DNA of 64,000 bases, taken from IMG/VR virus record IMGVR_UViG_3300009105_000002, positions 1-64,000 of that record. One strand, written 5' to 3'. Below, piece after piece: positions 1-8,985 of the stretch; position 1 is the stretch's first letter; each line of letters opens with the position of its first letter. Both the position numbers and the translations under genes were made by a program. This DNA comes from a virus. Under the pieces are notes generated by a model. That model made no database searches, was not told where the DNA came from, and saw nothing but the letters and a program-made list of their open reading frames with translations.

Positions 1-1
1 G

Positions 2-76
2 ATATTTGCTTCACGATATAAATTATATTTACCGACAGAAGAAGAATTAATCAGAGAGCTTAAAAGACAACGTTAA
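2..76 (+). CDS. 3' end of YhcG/DUF1016-like PD-(D/E)XK nuclease-domain protein (partial)
   Basis: Frame 2 reads IFASRYKLYLPTEEELIRELKRQR*, resembling the C-terminus of DUF1016/YhcG proteins. Confidence 0.7.
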   Translation: MFASRYKLYLPTEEELIRELKRQR

Positions 77-83
77 TCAAAAA

Positions 84-372
84 CTTGCACCACCAGTGCA
101 AGAAATTATATATAACCTATTGTAGAATTCCCAGACAATGTCTGGGAATTTATCAACCCCAGAGGTTTATATCGACCCCTGATTGTGGGTTCTAGGGGGT
201 CGATGGGGTTTGTAGGGGGTGTGAATATAGCCCTGTAGGGGAGAGGCATAACTTGCCAATCTAGTAATAATCCTGCCATAAGGGCCTGAAAGGGGCCTAA
301 TTAAGCCTAATAGACGCATAGAGACAGTTTCCTATGATGGACTAACATGTGGAGATGGAAACAGTCTCTATG
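84..372. repeat. Cluster of inverted repeats
   Basis: CTTGCAC/GTGCAAG 84-102; perfect AATTCCCAGACA-A-TGTCTGGGAATT 126-150; ATCGACCCC/GGGGTCGAT about 171-203; CATAGAGACAGTTTCC/GGAAACAGTCTCTATG 317-372 (one mismatch). Confidence 0.85.
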
Positions 373-384
373 AGCAAAATAGTG

Positions 385-393
385 TTATCCACA
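385..393 (+). promoter_or_regulatory. DnaA box, 76 bp before left dif-like site
   Basis: Perfect TTATCCACA. Confidence 0.7.
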
Positions 394-460
394 GGGTTTT
401 CACAAATAGCTGTAAGTCGTTGAGCCATATATACTTGCGGCAGTTTAATTTATATAGGCA

Positions 461-488
461 AGTTAACATAAGATACATTTTAAAAAGT
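461..488 (-). other. dif: dif-like XerC/XerD site, left boundary of prophage 1
   Basis: Minus strand ACTTTTTAAAA-TGTATC-TTATGTTAACT; XerD arm 10/11 and centre 5/6 identical to E. coli dif (GGTGCGCATAA-TGTATA-TTATGTTAAAT); XerC arm divergent. Confidence 0.85.
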
Positions 489-520
489 ATTTTATAACTG
501 TTTAATTAATCTAAACAGCT

Positions 521-556
521 AAGCCAAGCAGGATCAAATTCTTGCTTGGCTTTTTT
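521..556 (+). terminator. Intrinsic terminator-like hairpin just inside the left end
   Basis: AAGCCAAGCAGGA-loop-TCTTGCTTGGCTT followed by T run. Confidence 0.75.
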
Positions 557-577
557 ATTTTTAGGGAGGTGCTTCTT

Positions 578-1036
578 ATGACATTCGAATGGAAAGAATG
601 TCCAAACTTACCAAACCCAAAATGGTTTATACCTTTACTTATTATATTCCTCTTTATAGTGTTTTTCTGCTCACTTGCTTTTGCAGAGGAAATAACAGCT
701 CCACCAATTTGGAAAGTTTTAATGGCAGAAGCAGTATCAGAAGGTTATGACGGCATGTACGCTGTAGCATGCGTCATAAGAAATCGAGGGGGTGATTTAC
801 GTGGATTTATGGGAGCGAAAAGATCAGATCTGGACGAATTTTGTAATCGCCAGGGTAAGAGACATATTGAGATGGCGAAACGAATTGAGACTCTTGTATT
901 TAAAAATAACGCTAAAGATATTACAGGTAAGGCTACGCATTTTGAAAACGTGGGGAAATATGGAACACCCTATTGGGCTAAGGAAATGGTAGTCACATGT
1001 AAAATTGGCAAACACACATTCTTTACAAGGAGGTGA
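578..1036 (+). CDS. SleB-like cell wall hydrolase (Hydrolase_2) with N-terminal hydrophobic segment
   Basis: MAEAVSEGYDGMYAVACVIRNR, DITGKATHF, PYWA, KIGKHTFF; RBS AGGGAGG favours ATG 578. Confidence 0.8.
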   Translation: MTFEWKECPNLPNPKWFIPLLIIFLFIVFFCSLAFAEEITAPPIWKVLMAEAVSEGYDGMYAVACVIRNRGGDLRGFMGAKRSDLDEFCNRQGKRHIEMAKRIETLVFKNNAKDITGKATHFENVGKYGTPYWAKEMVVTCKIGKHTFFTRR

Positions 1037-1042
1037 TATCCA

Positions 1043-1360
1043 ATGACAGCAAAAGAAAGAACTAGAAAGACAATCCACGAGTTATACGAGAAATACTATG
1101 CCGACAGAAAAAACGGCAACAATGGTAACGGCAAAATAGCCATAGGAATGAAGCGACACCTGCTAGGCTCTTCAAGAAATGACTTAGTGTTACAAGCTAA
1201 ACAACGCGGGATAAAGAATTTCAGAGTCATGAATAAGGAACAGCTGACCGAGATTCTACAAGAAGATACAACGGTAGAGCGCGCACAAGAAATAGCGAAT
1301 CAGGCGGTTAGTCGCTGGAAGGCAGGCTGGAGCAAAAATAAGGCGGTGATAAAGCAATGA
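1043..1360 (+). CDS. Protein with Rho N-terminal-like helix-extended-helix motif
   Basis: SRNDLVLQAKQRGIKNFRVMNKEQLTEIL; RBS AGGAGG. Confidence 0.55.
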   Translation: MTAKERTRKTIHELYEKYYADRKNGNNGNGKIAIGMKRHLLGSSRNDLVLQAKQRGIKNFRVMNKEQLTEILQEDTTVERAQEIANQAVSRWKAGWSKNKAVIKQ

Positions 1361-1473
1361 ATGATTATTACAAGGATAGATTAAAGGATGCGGAGTTTAG
1401 CGCAAAAGTCATAGCAATATGTATAATCTTGGCGGGTTTATTGACATCAATCTGCATGCTTTTTGATTTATAA
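1357..1473 (+). CDS. 38-aa single-pass membrane peptide (not in ORF track)
   Basis: MNDYYKDRLKDAEFSAKVIAICIILAGLLTSICMLFDL*, ATGA overlap with previous stop. Confidence 0.45.
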   Translation: MNDYYKDRLKDAEFSAKVIAICIILAGLLTSICMLFDL

Positions 1474-1537
1474 AGAGGAATTTGGATTATAAAAAGAACT
1501 CGGCATATAAGATAGAACAATATTTTGGAGGTTTGAT

Positions 1538-2632
1538 ATGAGAGCGAGCGCACTTCCCATAGTTTCAAAATGCAGAGGATCCCACAAGCTTACGAAGGGA
1601 CATGGATCCGTAATCTCCAGGCTCGGAACAGCGTTCCACGAAGCAGCCAGGGCCCAAGTTTTACATGAACCGATGGACATGGCGGGCTTGACAATTAGAT
1701 ACGGCCTGACAGAGGACGAAATAAGGAGCCTGAGGGCCGGGCTTTACAACCTTATTATAAACATCCCTGAAGGAGCAACGGTTCTGGCTGACAATACGCA
1801 ACTCATAGGGCTGAACGGAAAGCTAAGCGGGACCCCAGATCTGGCTGTCTATCACAAAAAGACAGTTCTTATCGTAGATTGGAAATCCGGATGGGGTGAC
1901 GTGGAACCTCCAGAGACTAACAATCAAATAATAAGTTATGCAATTTTGATTTTGGAAGAACTGGAAAAAAAGGGTCTCGAGATCCATGGCTTTAATCTGA
2001 TGATCGTGCAGCCAAAGCTCGGCCAGGTAAAGAGCGTAAACATGACACCGGAACAGATTCGAGCGCTGGCCAAAGACATCGAGACAATTATCGATGAGGC
2101 AGAGAAAGAAGGCGAGCCAGAATTTACAACAGGGCCATGGTGTGCGGCGTGTTTTAAAAGCATGAACTGCCCAGCCTTCGCGGGCCAGGTGCAGGCCCTG
2201 GCAAAGTTTCTGGTGCCAGGCTCCGAGCTCGAGGCAAAGACAGCTGTGGCTGCCCTGCTGCCATTCGCTAAGGCCTGCAGTTTTATGGCCAAGAAGATAG
2301 AAGATCTTGCCAAGGCTTATGTCGATAAGCATGGTGAGCTGAACTTGGGTTATAGCCAGAAATACATCAAGGCAATCGACCAAAGAAAGGAGGTAGAAGT
2401 AAGAAAAGCATTGCGTATTTTAAAGGAATACTTTCCAGAGGATCAAATCTTTGATGAGTGTATATCGATAAGTCTCACCAAGATCATGAATCTGGCGAAG
2501 GCAACAAAAAGGGGACTGACGACAATTTTAAGTAACAGGCTGACCCAGGAGGGAGCAATAACACAAAAGCCTATAACGTCGTATCGCATAATTAAAGGAG
2601 GAGATAATGGTAGAAAAGAAAGCCTTGAGTAA
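1538..2632 (+). CDS. PD-(D/E)XK Cas4-like exonuclease (DUF2800-like)
   Basis: GTAFHE, GTPD, IVDWKSG, QIISYA, CAAC-x5-CP; next to recT. Confidence 0.8.
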   Translation: MRASALPIVSKCRGSHKLTKGHGSVISRLGTAFHEAARAQVLHEPMDMAGLTIRYGLTEDEIRSLRAGLYNLIINIPEGATVLADNTQLIGLNGKLSGTPDLAVYHKKTVLIVDWKSGWGDVEPPETNNQIISYAILILEELEKKGLEIHGFNLMIVQPKLGQVKSVNMTPEQIRALAKDIETIIDEAEKEGEPEFTTGPWCAACFKSMNCPAFAGQVQALAKFLVPGSELEAKTAVAALLPFAKACSFMAKKIEDLAKAYVDKHGELNLGYSQKYIKAIDQRKEVEVRKALRILKEYFPEDQIFDECISISLTKIMNLAKATKRGLTTILSNRLTQEGAITQKPITSYRIIKGGDNGRKESLE

Positions 2633-3704
2633 AACGGAAGGCACGGGAGATATCCGAAGCCTTATACAATCGGATGCAGGAAAGAAACAATTTGCGCTCG
2701 CATTACCAAAGCACATAAAGCCGGACAGGTTTGTAAGGGTAGCACTTACGGCGTTCACCAAGAACCCAAAGCTGTTGAGTTGTACCAAAGAAAGCCTTTT
2801 ATCCGCGCTTTTAGATTGCTCATCCATGGGCATAGAACCGGATGGCAGAAAAGCTCACCTTATACCTTATAACGATAAAAAGAACAATCGAATTATTTGC
2901 ACGCTTATCGTCGATTATAAGGGCCTGGTGGATATCGCCAGGAGATCCGGAGAGATAGCCGATATCCATGCGGACGTGGCATGCGAGAATGATAAATTTG
3001 AATGCAGCTATGGAACAGATTCTAAGCTTACCCATGTCCCGGCGCGCAGCAATAGAGGCAAAGTCGTTCAAACCTATAGCTTTGTAAGACTGAAGGACGG
3101 ATCCTCGAGCTTCGAGGTTATGAATATCGAAGAGATAGAGAAGATCAGGACCAGATCGAAGGCAGCAAACAACGGACCATGGGTTACGGACTGGAACGAG
3201 ATGGCGAAGAAGACAGTCTTCCGAAGGCACTCAAAATGGCTTCCGGAATCACCAGAGATGCAGATGGCCCTGGAGAAAGATTGGGATAAGCCTACGGATA
3301 TATTTTCCCCAGGAGATATCGCAGCTCCGATGGTCGGTTTAAGGAATGACAAAAAAAACAAACCACAGCCGGCGATAGATGTACAGGCAGGCCCGGGAGC
3401 AAAAACAGAAAAACCCGAGGAACAACAACAGGCTAAGCAATTTATGCCGTCGCCTTCGGACTTGACAAAGACATCCTCGACTGTCATGAAGCGCGAGATC
3501 ATGGCCATGATAAGAGACGTTGTAGGAGAAGATGAGAAGGCGGTAGCGGATACCCTGATGGCCTACACGACGTACATAGGAGGAAACGGAGTGAAGGTAA
3601 TGGGAATAAGAGATATAAATGACCAGTTATTCAACGACGAGTGGGTCGTAAGAGCGCATGAGAAACTGGCGAAGTCTTATATCGAGAGGGCAGGGAAGAA
3701 ATAA
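2607..3704 (+). CDS. recT: RecT single-strand annealing protein
   Basis: ALPKHIKPDRFVRVAL, YKGLVDIARRSG, PWVTDWNEMAKKTVFRR. Confidence 0.92.
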   Translation: MVEKKALSKTEGTGDIRSLIQSDAGKKQFALALPKHIKPDRFVRVALTAFTKNPKLLSCTKESLLSALLDCSSMGIEPDGRKAHLIPYNDKKNNRIICTLIVDYKGLVDIARRSGEIADIHADVACENDKFECSYGTDSKLTHVPARSNRGKVVQTYSFVRLKDGSSSFEVMNIEEIEKIRTRSKAANNGPWVTDWNEMAKKTVFRRHSKWLPESPEMQMALEKDWDKPTDIFSPGDIAAPMVGLRNDKKNKPQPAIDVQAGPGAKTEKPEEQQQAKQFMPSPSDLTKTSSTVMKREIMAMIRDVVGEDEKAVADTLMAYTTYIGGNGVKVMGIRDINDQLFNDEWVVRAHEKLAKSYIERAGKK

Positions 3705-3767
3705 AGGGTTCAGGCTTTTGAAAGTTTTTGATTTAGGGGTTTATGAATACAGAAAAAAGGAGGAGCG

Positions 3768-3932
3768 ATGAAGATTAGATTTGACAAAAACGACGTGCAG
3801 GAGATCCTTAAAAGACATGTTGAGAAGATAATCCCAGGATCCAAGGTAACGGATATCAAAGATAAATACGATGACTATGAATGCATCGCAGAAATAGAGC
3901 CACAGAAAAAGGAAGAATTGATAACGACATGA
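3768..3932 (+). CDS. Hypothetical 54-aa protein (not in ORF track)
   Basis: RBS AGGAGGAG, MKIRFDKNDVQEILKRHVEK. Confidence 0.55.
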   Translation: MKIRFDKNDVQEILKRHVEKIIPGSKVTDIKDKYDDYECIAEIEPQKKEELITT

Positions 3933-3945
3933 CGGAGGAACTTGC

Positions 3946-4146
3946 GTGAGAATTTCTGAGATTAAAACAGGAGATTGGATTATAAATTTTAAAATTAAGC
4001 GAGCAAAACCTTGGTATGTTTGTGGAAAATATACAGGTTTTGTCGTAATGCGCCGTAGACCTAAAATCGGGAAGATAATATCTTTGATGCCAGGACAACT
4101 AAGAGATTTTAAAAAATTTTGTGAAAACTGCGGTGAACCAGTATAG
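3946..4146 (+). CDS. Hypothetical protein
   Basis: GTG start with GGAGG RBS, in operon. Confidence 0.45.
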   Translation: MRISEIKTGDWIINFKIKRAKPWYVCGKYTGFVVMRRRPKIGKIISLMPGQLRDFKKFCENCGEPV

Positions 4147-4160
4147 GAGGGCTAAGAGCC

Positions 4161-5519
4161 ATGAAGATTTTGGAACTAAGAGCAGAGAACATAAAGAACC
4201 TGAAGGCGATTGAAATTAGGCCTGGAGATGATGCTGTAATACTTTCTGGAAAAAATGGAGCTGGAAAATCGGCGATCCTTGATAGTATTTTTATAAGTTT
4301 GACCGGCAAGAAGATCGAACAGCCAATCAGAAACGGAGAAAACCGGGCAGAGATAAACGTGGACCTGGGAGATTATAAGATCCGGAGAATCTTCACAGAG
4401 AAGTCGGATAGGCTCGAGGTATTAAGTAAGGAAGGCGCGGCCTTTAAATCACCGCAAACCTTGCTGAATGCGATATTCGGAGATTTATCCTTTGACCCGC
4501 TCGCCTTCTCTAACATGAAAGAGAAGCCTCAGCGAGAGCTTCTGGCCCAGCTTGTAGGTCTGGATTTTACGGAGATCGATGCAAAGAGGGTTGCCCTTTA
4601 CAACGAACGGACCGTAAAGAACAGGGAAATCAAAGGAAGCGATTCAGGACAATATAGGGATGATCCTAATGCGCCCCTGCCTCTGGAGAGCCTTGTAAGC
4701 AAGATGGAAGTGCCGAAGCCGGGCACGCCAAGACTGGAGATATCCATAGCCGAGGAGATAGCCAAGATCGAGGTCATTGAAGATAAGCGGGATAATTATC
4801 TGGATGCCTTAAAAGCAAAGGAAACTCTCGAGGCTGAGATAAAACAGACAGGAGAAGGCATAGAAAAAGAAGAGAAAGAATATAACCAGAAAATTAATGA
4901 GCTCATCGATGAGGTAGCCAGGATTAATGAGGAGATAGCGCGATTGCGGCGGGCAAAAAAAGACAATGCTGAGGGAGGAATTGCAGCCATAAACAAAACG
5001 TATGAAAAAATTCAAACCATGGCCATCCCTGAAGAAGTAAAACAAGAGGATATTGCAAAAGCGCGTCAGGCCTTGTCCGACATCGAGGCCACGAACATCA
5101 AAATCCGCAAGGCCATCGAATACGACAAGAAGCAGGCTGAGCTCAAAGAGGCCAAGCGCGTCATTAAGAACCTCGAGGACGGCATGATGAAGATAGAGAT
5201 CGAGAAGGACCGCAGGCTTAAAGAGGCGAAATTCCCGATCGAAAGCCTGAGTCTTACAGATACATGCGTCATTTATAACAATAAGCCTTTCAGTCAGCTA
5301 TCTACAGGAGAGCAAATCCGCATTTCAACTGCAATCGCCATGACGCTGAATCCGCAGCTCAAGATAATCCTTATCCGAGAAGGCTCCCTATTAGATTCCG
5401 AAGGATTGAAAGCAGTGACAGAGATTGCAAAAGGCAGAGATTACCAACTCTGGATTGAGAAAGTTTCTGACGATAAAGGCGTAGGCATATATATCGAAGA
5501 TGGGGAGATAAAAAGTTAA
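4161..5519 (+). CDS. SMC/Rad50-like ATPase with coiled coil
   Basis: Walker A GKNGAGKS, long coiled coil, signature LSTGEQ. Confidence 0.85.
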   Translation: MKILELRAENIKNLKAIEIRPGDDAVILSGKNGAGKSAILDSIFISLTGKKIEQPIRNGENRAEINVDLGDYKIRRIFTEKSDRLEVLSKEGAAFKSPQTLLNAIFGDLSFDPLAFSNMKEKPQRELLAQLVGLDFTEIDAKRVALYNERTVKNREIKGSDSGQYRDDPNAPLPLESLVSKMEVPKPGTPRLEISIAEEIAKIEVIEDKRDNYLDALKAKETLEAEIKQTGEGIEKEEKEYNQKINELIDEVARINEEIARLRRAKKDNAEGGIAAINKTYEKIQTMAIPEEVKQEDIAKARQALSDIEATNIKIRKAIEYDKKQAELKEAKRVIKNLEDGMMKIEIEKDRRLKEAKFPIESLSLTDTCVIYNNKPFSQLSTGEQIRISTAIAMTLNPQLKIILIREGSLLDSEGLKAVTEIAKGRDYQLWIEKVSDDKGVGIYIEDGEIKS

Positions 5520-5552
5520 CTGATATAAAACCATGAAAGGAGGGTCAAGGAA

Positions 5553-7211
5553 ATGGGAGATCTAAAGAATATCTTATTGTCTGAAATAAGCGTATCAAAG
5601 CACAACCCGCGCAAGCATCTGGATGATGGAAAGATGCAGGATCTGATTAAGTCGGTTATTGAAAAGGGAGTAATCCAGCCGATACTTGTACGCCCTAAGA
5701 ACGGAAAGTGCGAGATAGTATACGGTGAGCGTAGATTCAAGGCGGCAAAAGAGGCGGGTCTTAAGGCGATACCGGCCGTTGTGAAGGATCTTGATGATAA
5801 GCAGGCGCTTGAATTTCAGGTGATAGAGAACCTGCAACGCGAGGACGTGCATCCTTTAGAGGAAGCAGAAGGGTACGAGGTATTGATGAAAAAGCACGGT
5901 TATAAAACCGTGGATGATATCGCAGCCAAAGTCGGAAAAAGCAGATCCTATGTTTACGGCCGGATAAAGTTATGTGATTTAATCCCAGAAAACCGTAAGC
6001 TATTTTATGCAGGTAAATTTTCGCCTTCCGTGGCGCTTCTCGTGGCCAGGGTACCGGCGCATCTACAGAAAGAAGCGGGTAATAAAGTCGCGTATGGACA
6101 GTACGGTCGCGGATATCCTATGTCCTACAGAGATGCAAAGGAATATATCCATGAACATTTTATGCTACAGCTCAAAGAGGCACAGTTTGACACAAAGGAG
6201 AAAGGCCTAGCCGGCAAGATATCCTGTGCGGAATGCCCAAAGAGGACAGGTAACCAAAAAGAGCTTTTTGAGGACGTAAACCGTGCAGACGTCTGCACTG
6301 ATCCGGCCTGTTTTGAGGCAAAGAAGAACGCCTTCACGCAGAGAACTATTGCAAAAATGAAAGCACAGAAGAAGGCCGTACTTTCCCAGGATGAGGCAAA
6401 AAAATTATTCCGGTATCAGAACGACGAAACCCCGGAGCATAAATATACCAACTTGGAAGATCAACACTACTATGGCGGTAAATATAGGGACCTGCGTGGC
6501 ATAGCTAGGGCTACCAAGGATCTGGAAATCGTCCACGCGGTGCAGCCATATTCCGGCAAGATCATCCAGATGGTCAAAAACGAGGACGTCCCCAGGATCC
6601 TTAAAAACGCAGGGATCAAGCCGGGTTCGGACGGCTCTTCAGGCAGAGACGCGAAATCCATGGCGCAGGCAAAGAAACAGAACCGGGTCAAAGAGGCAAA
6701 GAGAGGGTTTTGGATTAGCAAGGTCTCAATCGCCAAGGACCGCAGATGCATGAACGTAGTCATCTTGGACATCCTTTTGCATGACCTGGGGATAGGGGTA
6801 GCCAATTCACTCCTGCCGTTCAAGACCAGAGAGAGCTATTATCGCTCTTGGGATATACCAAAGCTATATGAACTCGGAGATGATGCTGTCCAGAAGTTAA
6901 TAGTCAAGGTTATATCCAAAAAGAGCGAATATCTCCTTGATGACGATTTAAAATTCCTATGTGGCGAGCTCGGGTTTGATATGTCCAGGGATTATGTGAT
7001 CACGGAGACATATCTCAATGCCATGACGAAAGACGAGCTGGTAAAACTGGCTAAAGAGATCGGGATGATAAAGGCACTGGAGGAGAAGAATATCGATTGC
7101 TCTGACATGGGTTCGGTGAAGAAAAAGGCGCTTGTGCAGGCGTTCCTAACATGGAACGGACTCAAGGGTAAGATTCCTAAGGAGCTCAGCGGCTCAAAAA
7201 AGAGGAAGTAA
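5553..7211 (+). CDS. ParB/Spo0J family protein (PRTRC ParB-like)
   Basis: NPRK, GVIQPILVR, GERRFKA, ENLQREDV, HTH, CAECPKRTG and CTDPACF; no parA seen. Confidence 0.88.
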   Translation: MGDLKNILLSEISVSKHNPRKHLDDGKMQDLIKSVIEKGVIQPILVRPKNGKCEIVYGERRFKAAKEAGLKAIPAVVKDLDDKQALEFQVIENLQREDVHPLEEAEGYEVLMKKHGYKTVDDIAAKVGKSRSYVYGRIKLCDLIPENRKLFYAGKFSPSVALLVARVPAHLQKEAGNKVAYGQYGRGYPMSYRDAKEYIHEHFMLQLKEAQFDTKEKGLAGKISCAECPKRTGNQKELFEDVNRADVCTDPACFEAKKNAFTQRTIAKMKAQKKAVLSQDEAKKLFRYQNDETPEHKYTNLEDQHYYGGKYRDLRGIARATKDLEIVHAVQPYSGKIIQMVKNEDVPRILKNAGIKPGSDGSSGRDAKSMAQAKKQNRVKEAKRGFWISKVSIAKDRRCMNVVILDILLHDLGIGVANSLLPFKTRESYYRSWDIPKLYELGDDAVQKLIVKVISKKSEYLLDDDLKFLCGELGFDMSRDYVITETYLNAMTKDELVKLAKEIGMIKALEEKNIDCSDMGSVKKKALVQAFLTWNGLKGKIPKELSGSKKRK

Positions 7212-7311
7212 ATTTATACGACGCTTGGTGGCCCTGACACAGCCTAAGTGCAGGAAAATACCTTCATATCAAACTGCAGCCAGCGCGTTAAAACCCGAAT
7301 AAAGGAGCGTT

Positions 7312-7917
7312 ATGGCAAGAAAAAGACAATTAGACCCGGAGTTCTTCAAGGATGAGGACATGGCGGATATCCCCTTTGAGGGCCGGCTATTCTACGCGGG
7401 CACCTGGTGCTTCTGCGAAGATACAGGGGTGTTCGAGGTTAAACATAGGACATTAAAGGCCGAGATATTCCCATATGATAACTTGGATACAAAGTCCTTA
7501 TATGAGCAGCTGAGAGATAAAGGGATGTATGTAGAATACAGTGTAAACGGCGCTATATACGCCTTTATAAGGGGGTTTCACAACAGGCAGACCATACAGT
7601 GGCCCTCGCAGTCTTTTTTGCCTCTACCGCCTAAGCCTTTTGTTGCCAGGATACCTTCAAAAATACGCAATCTCAATAAGTCCTCATTGAGCCTTCACGT
7701 AGCCCTCACTGAGCAATCAGCAAGAGTAGAGAAGAATAGAATAGAATTGAATAGAATAGAATTAATAGAATTAGATCATATAGATATCAATATAAATAGC
7801 CTTAAAAAACTCTTTAATTCAAAAACAAAACTTAAAGACCATCTCCTGAGGACAAGAGGTATGAAAGAAGAAAGAGTAGATGAGATTTTAAAGAAGCATT
7901 TCTCTAACTTAAAGTAA
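7312..7917 (+). CDS. Phage replication initiator-like protein
   Basis: N-terminus MARKRQLDPEFFKDE typical of phage replisome organisers; internal repeats. Confidence 0.65.
   Translation: MARKRQLDPEFFKDEDMADIPFEGRLFYAGTWCFCEDTGVFEVKHRTLKAEIFPYDNLDTKSLYEQLRDKGMYVEYSVNGAIYAFIRGFHNRQTIQWPSQSFLPLPPKPFVARIPSKIRNLNKSSLSLHVALTEQSARVEKNRIELNRIELIELDHIDININSLKKLFNSKTKLKDHLLRTRGMKEERVDEILKKHFSNLK
7670..7790 (+). repeat. Putative phage origin: five 11-bp iteron-like repeats then AGAAT repeats
   Basis: ATCTCAATAAG TCCTCATTGAG CCTTCACGTAG CCCTCACTGAG CAATCAGCAAG (nnnTCAnnnAG) at 7670-7724, then AT-rich pentamer run. Confidence 0.6.
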
Positions 7918-7990
7918 TGAAAGATGTTATACGAGAAATAGGCATTATAAAGACGCAATGAATGTAACACTATAAAAAAAGGAGGATATT

Positions 7991-8254
7991 GTGAAACATA
8001 AACTTATAGGCAACTATCCAACTCGGGATGTATGGCTCGATGGTAAGTTGTTGGACCCAAAACCGAGCCAGGAACATAGGAATCATTCGCCTGATGGCTT
8101 TAATTGGGGATATGGAGGATCTGGGCCTGCACAGTTAGCCTTGGCAATAGTACTTAAGATAACTGGTAAACCAAACGGTTATCAAGAGCTTAAGTGGAAA
8201 GTTATCGCTATGTTACCGCAAGGCAAATCTTTTGTGACCGAATTCGAGCTATAA
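7991..8254 (+). CDS. DUF6166-like protein
   Basis: NHSPDGFNWGYGGSGPAQLALAI. Confidence 0.75.
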   Translation: MKHKLIGNYPTRDVWLDGKLLDPKPSQEHRNHSPDGFNWGYGGSGPAQLALAIVLKITGKPNGYQELKWKVIAMLPQGKSFVTEFEL

Positions 8255-8272
8255 AAAGGGGGTTGCAAAGCA

Positions 8273-8491
8273 ATGGCAGAGAAAGAGGTCATTTTATCAA
8301 ACGGCATAACAGTATTCTTGGATGATAATATTCAACCAACGAGCTGCAGGTCTTGCAACAAGATAATATGGTTTGCCAGGACAGCTTATAACAGGCATAT
8401 GCCTATCACAAAAAATGAGAATGGCGAATGGATATCGCACTTCCAGGATTGTCCGGCGGCTAAGTATCATAGGAAAGGGTGCAAAGGATGA
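8273..8491 (+). CDS. Small zinc-binding protein
   Basis: CRSC and HFQDCP. Confidence 0.6.
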   Translation: MAEKEVILSNGITVFLDDNIQPTSCRSCNKIIWFARTAYNRHMPITKNENGEWISHFQDCPAAKYHRKGCKG

Positions 8492-8566
8492 AAAGAATAC
8501 CAAGAAATTGTAAAAACAAGAAAAGATGTTTTTGGTCCGGCAAAATACCTACTTTTTGTCAAGAAT

Positions 8567-8773
8567 GTGGTGGATTTGTCCCCAAAGGTAAGAACAATGA
8601 TTAACATCGGCCACATCACAACATCAGATAAATCTATATTGAAACGCTATAAGAAGGCCCATAATCCAGAGGAACTGGAAGGCTCGCAGAAGCCCTGCCC
8701 GCACTGCGGCCACGGGACCATTTACAGACATGGCAGGATGTGGACACCGTGTCCTGCTTGCAGGAATAAATAA
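8567..8773 (+). CDS. Small zinc-ribbon protein
   Basis: CPHC and CPAC; start may be ATG 8597. Confidence 0.55.
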   Translation: MVDLSPKVRTMINIGHITTSDKSILKRYKKAHNPEELEGSQKPCPHCGHGTIYRHGRMWTPCPACRNK

Positions 8774-8943
8774 TGAGCAAAGAGAGTGAATTTTCTGGTG
8801 GAAGAATAAGACCTGAATGCCCTGATTGCGGGCAATTTTGTAAAATGCCTAAACATTATTGGGCAAGTCATAGGGGAAGCTTCGCTAATAGCTATTGTAA
8901 GCGGTGCAAAAAGAAAGTTAAGTTGAGCGTAGAGTTTATTTAA
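8773..8943 (+). CDS. 56-aa zinc-ribbon protein (not in ORF track)
   Basis: MSKESEF..CPDC..CKRC; TAATG coupling. Confidence 0.55.
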   Translation: MSKESEFSGGRIRPECPDCGQFCKMPKHYWASHRGSFANSYCKRCKKKVKLSVEFI

Positions 8944-8985
8944 CCAAGGGCGCAAACAGCAGCGTCTCGAAGAAAGGGAGGTAAT

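Noticed and set aside
381-488. Chromosomal oriC suggested by DnaA box and AT-rich DNA
   Set aside because: Single perfect box per site, no dnaA/dnaN/gidA context, directly tied to dif
1538-2632. CRISPR-Cas locus from the Cas4-like gene and short repeats
   Set aside because: No repeat-spacer array or other cas genes; it pairs with recT as a recombination nuclease
5553-7211. Plasmid-prophage partition system
   Set aside because: No parA and no evident parS array; the element is flanked by att-like sites
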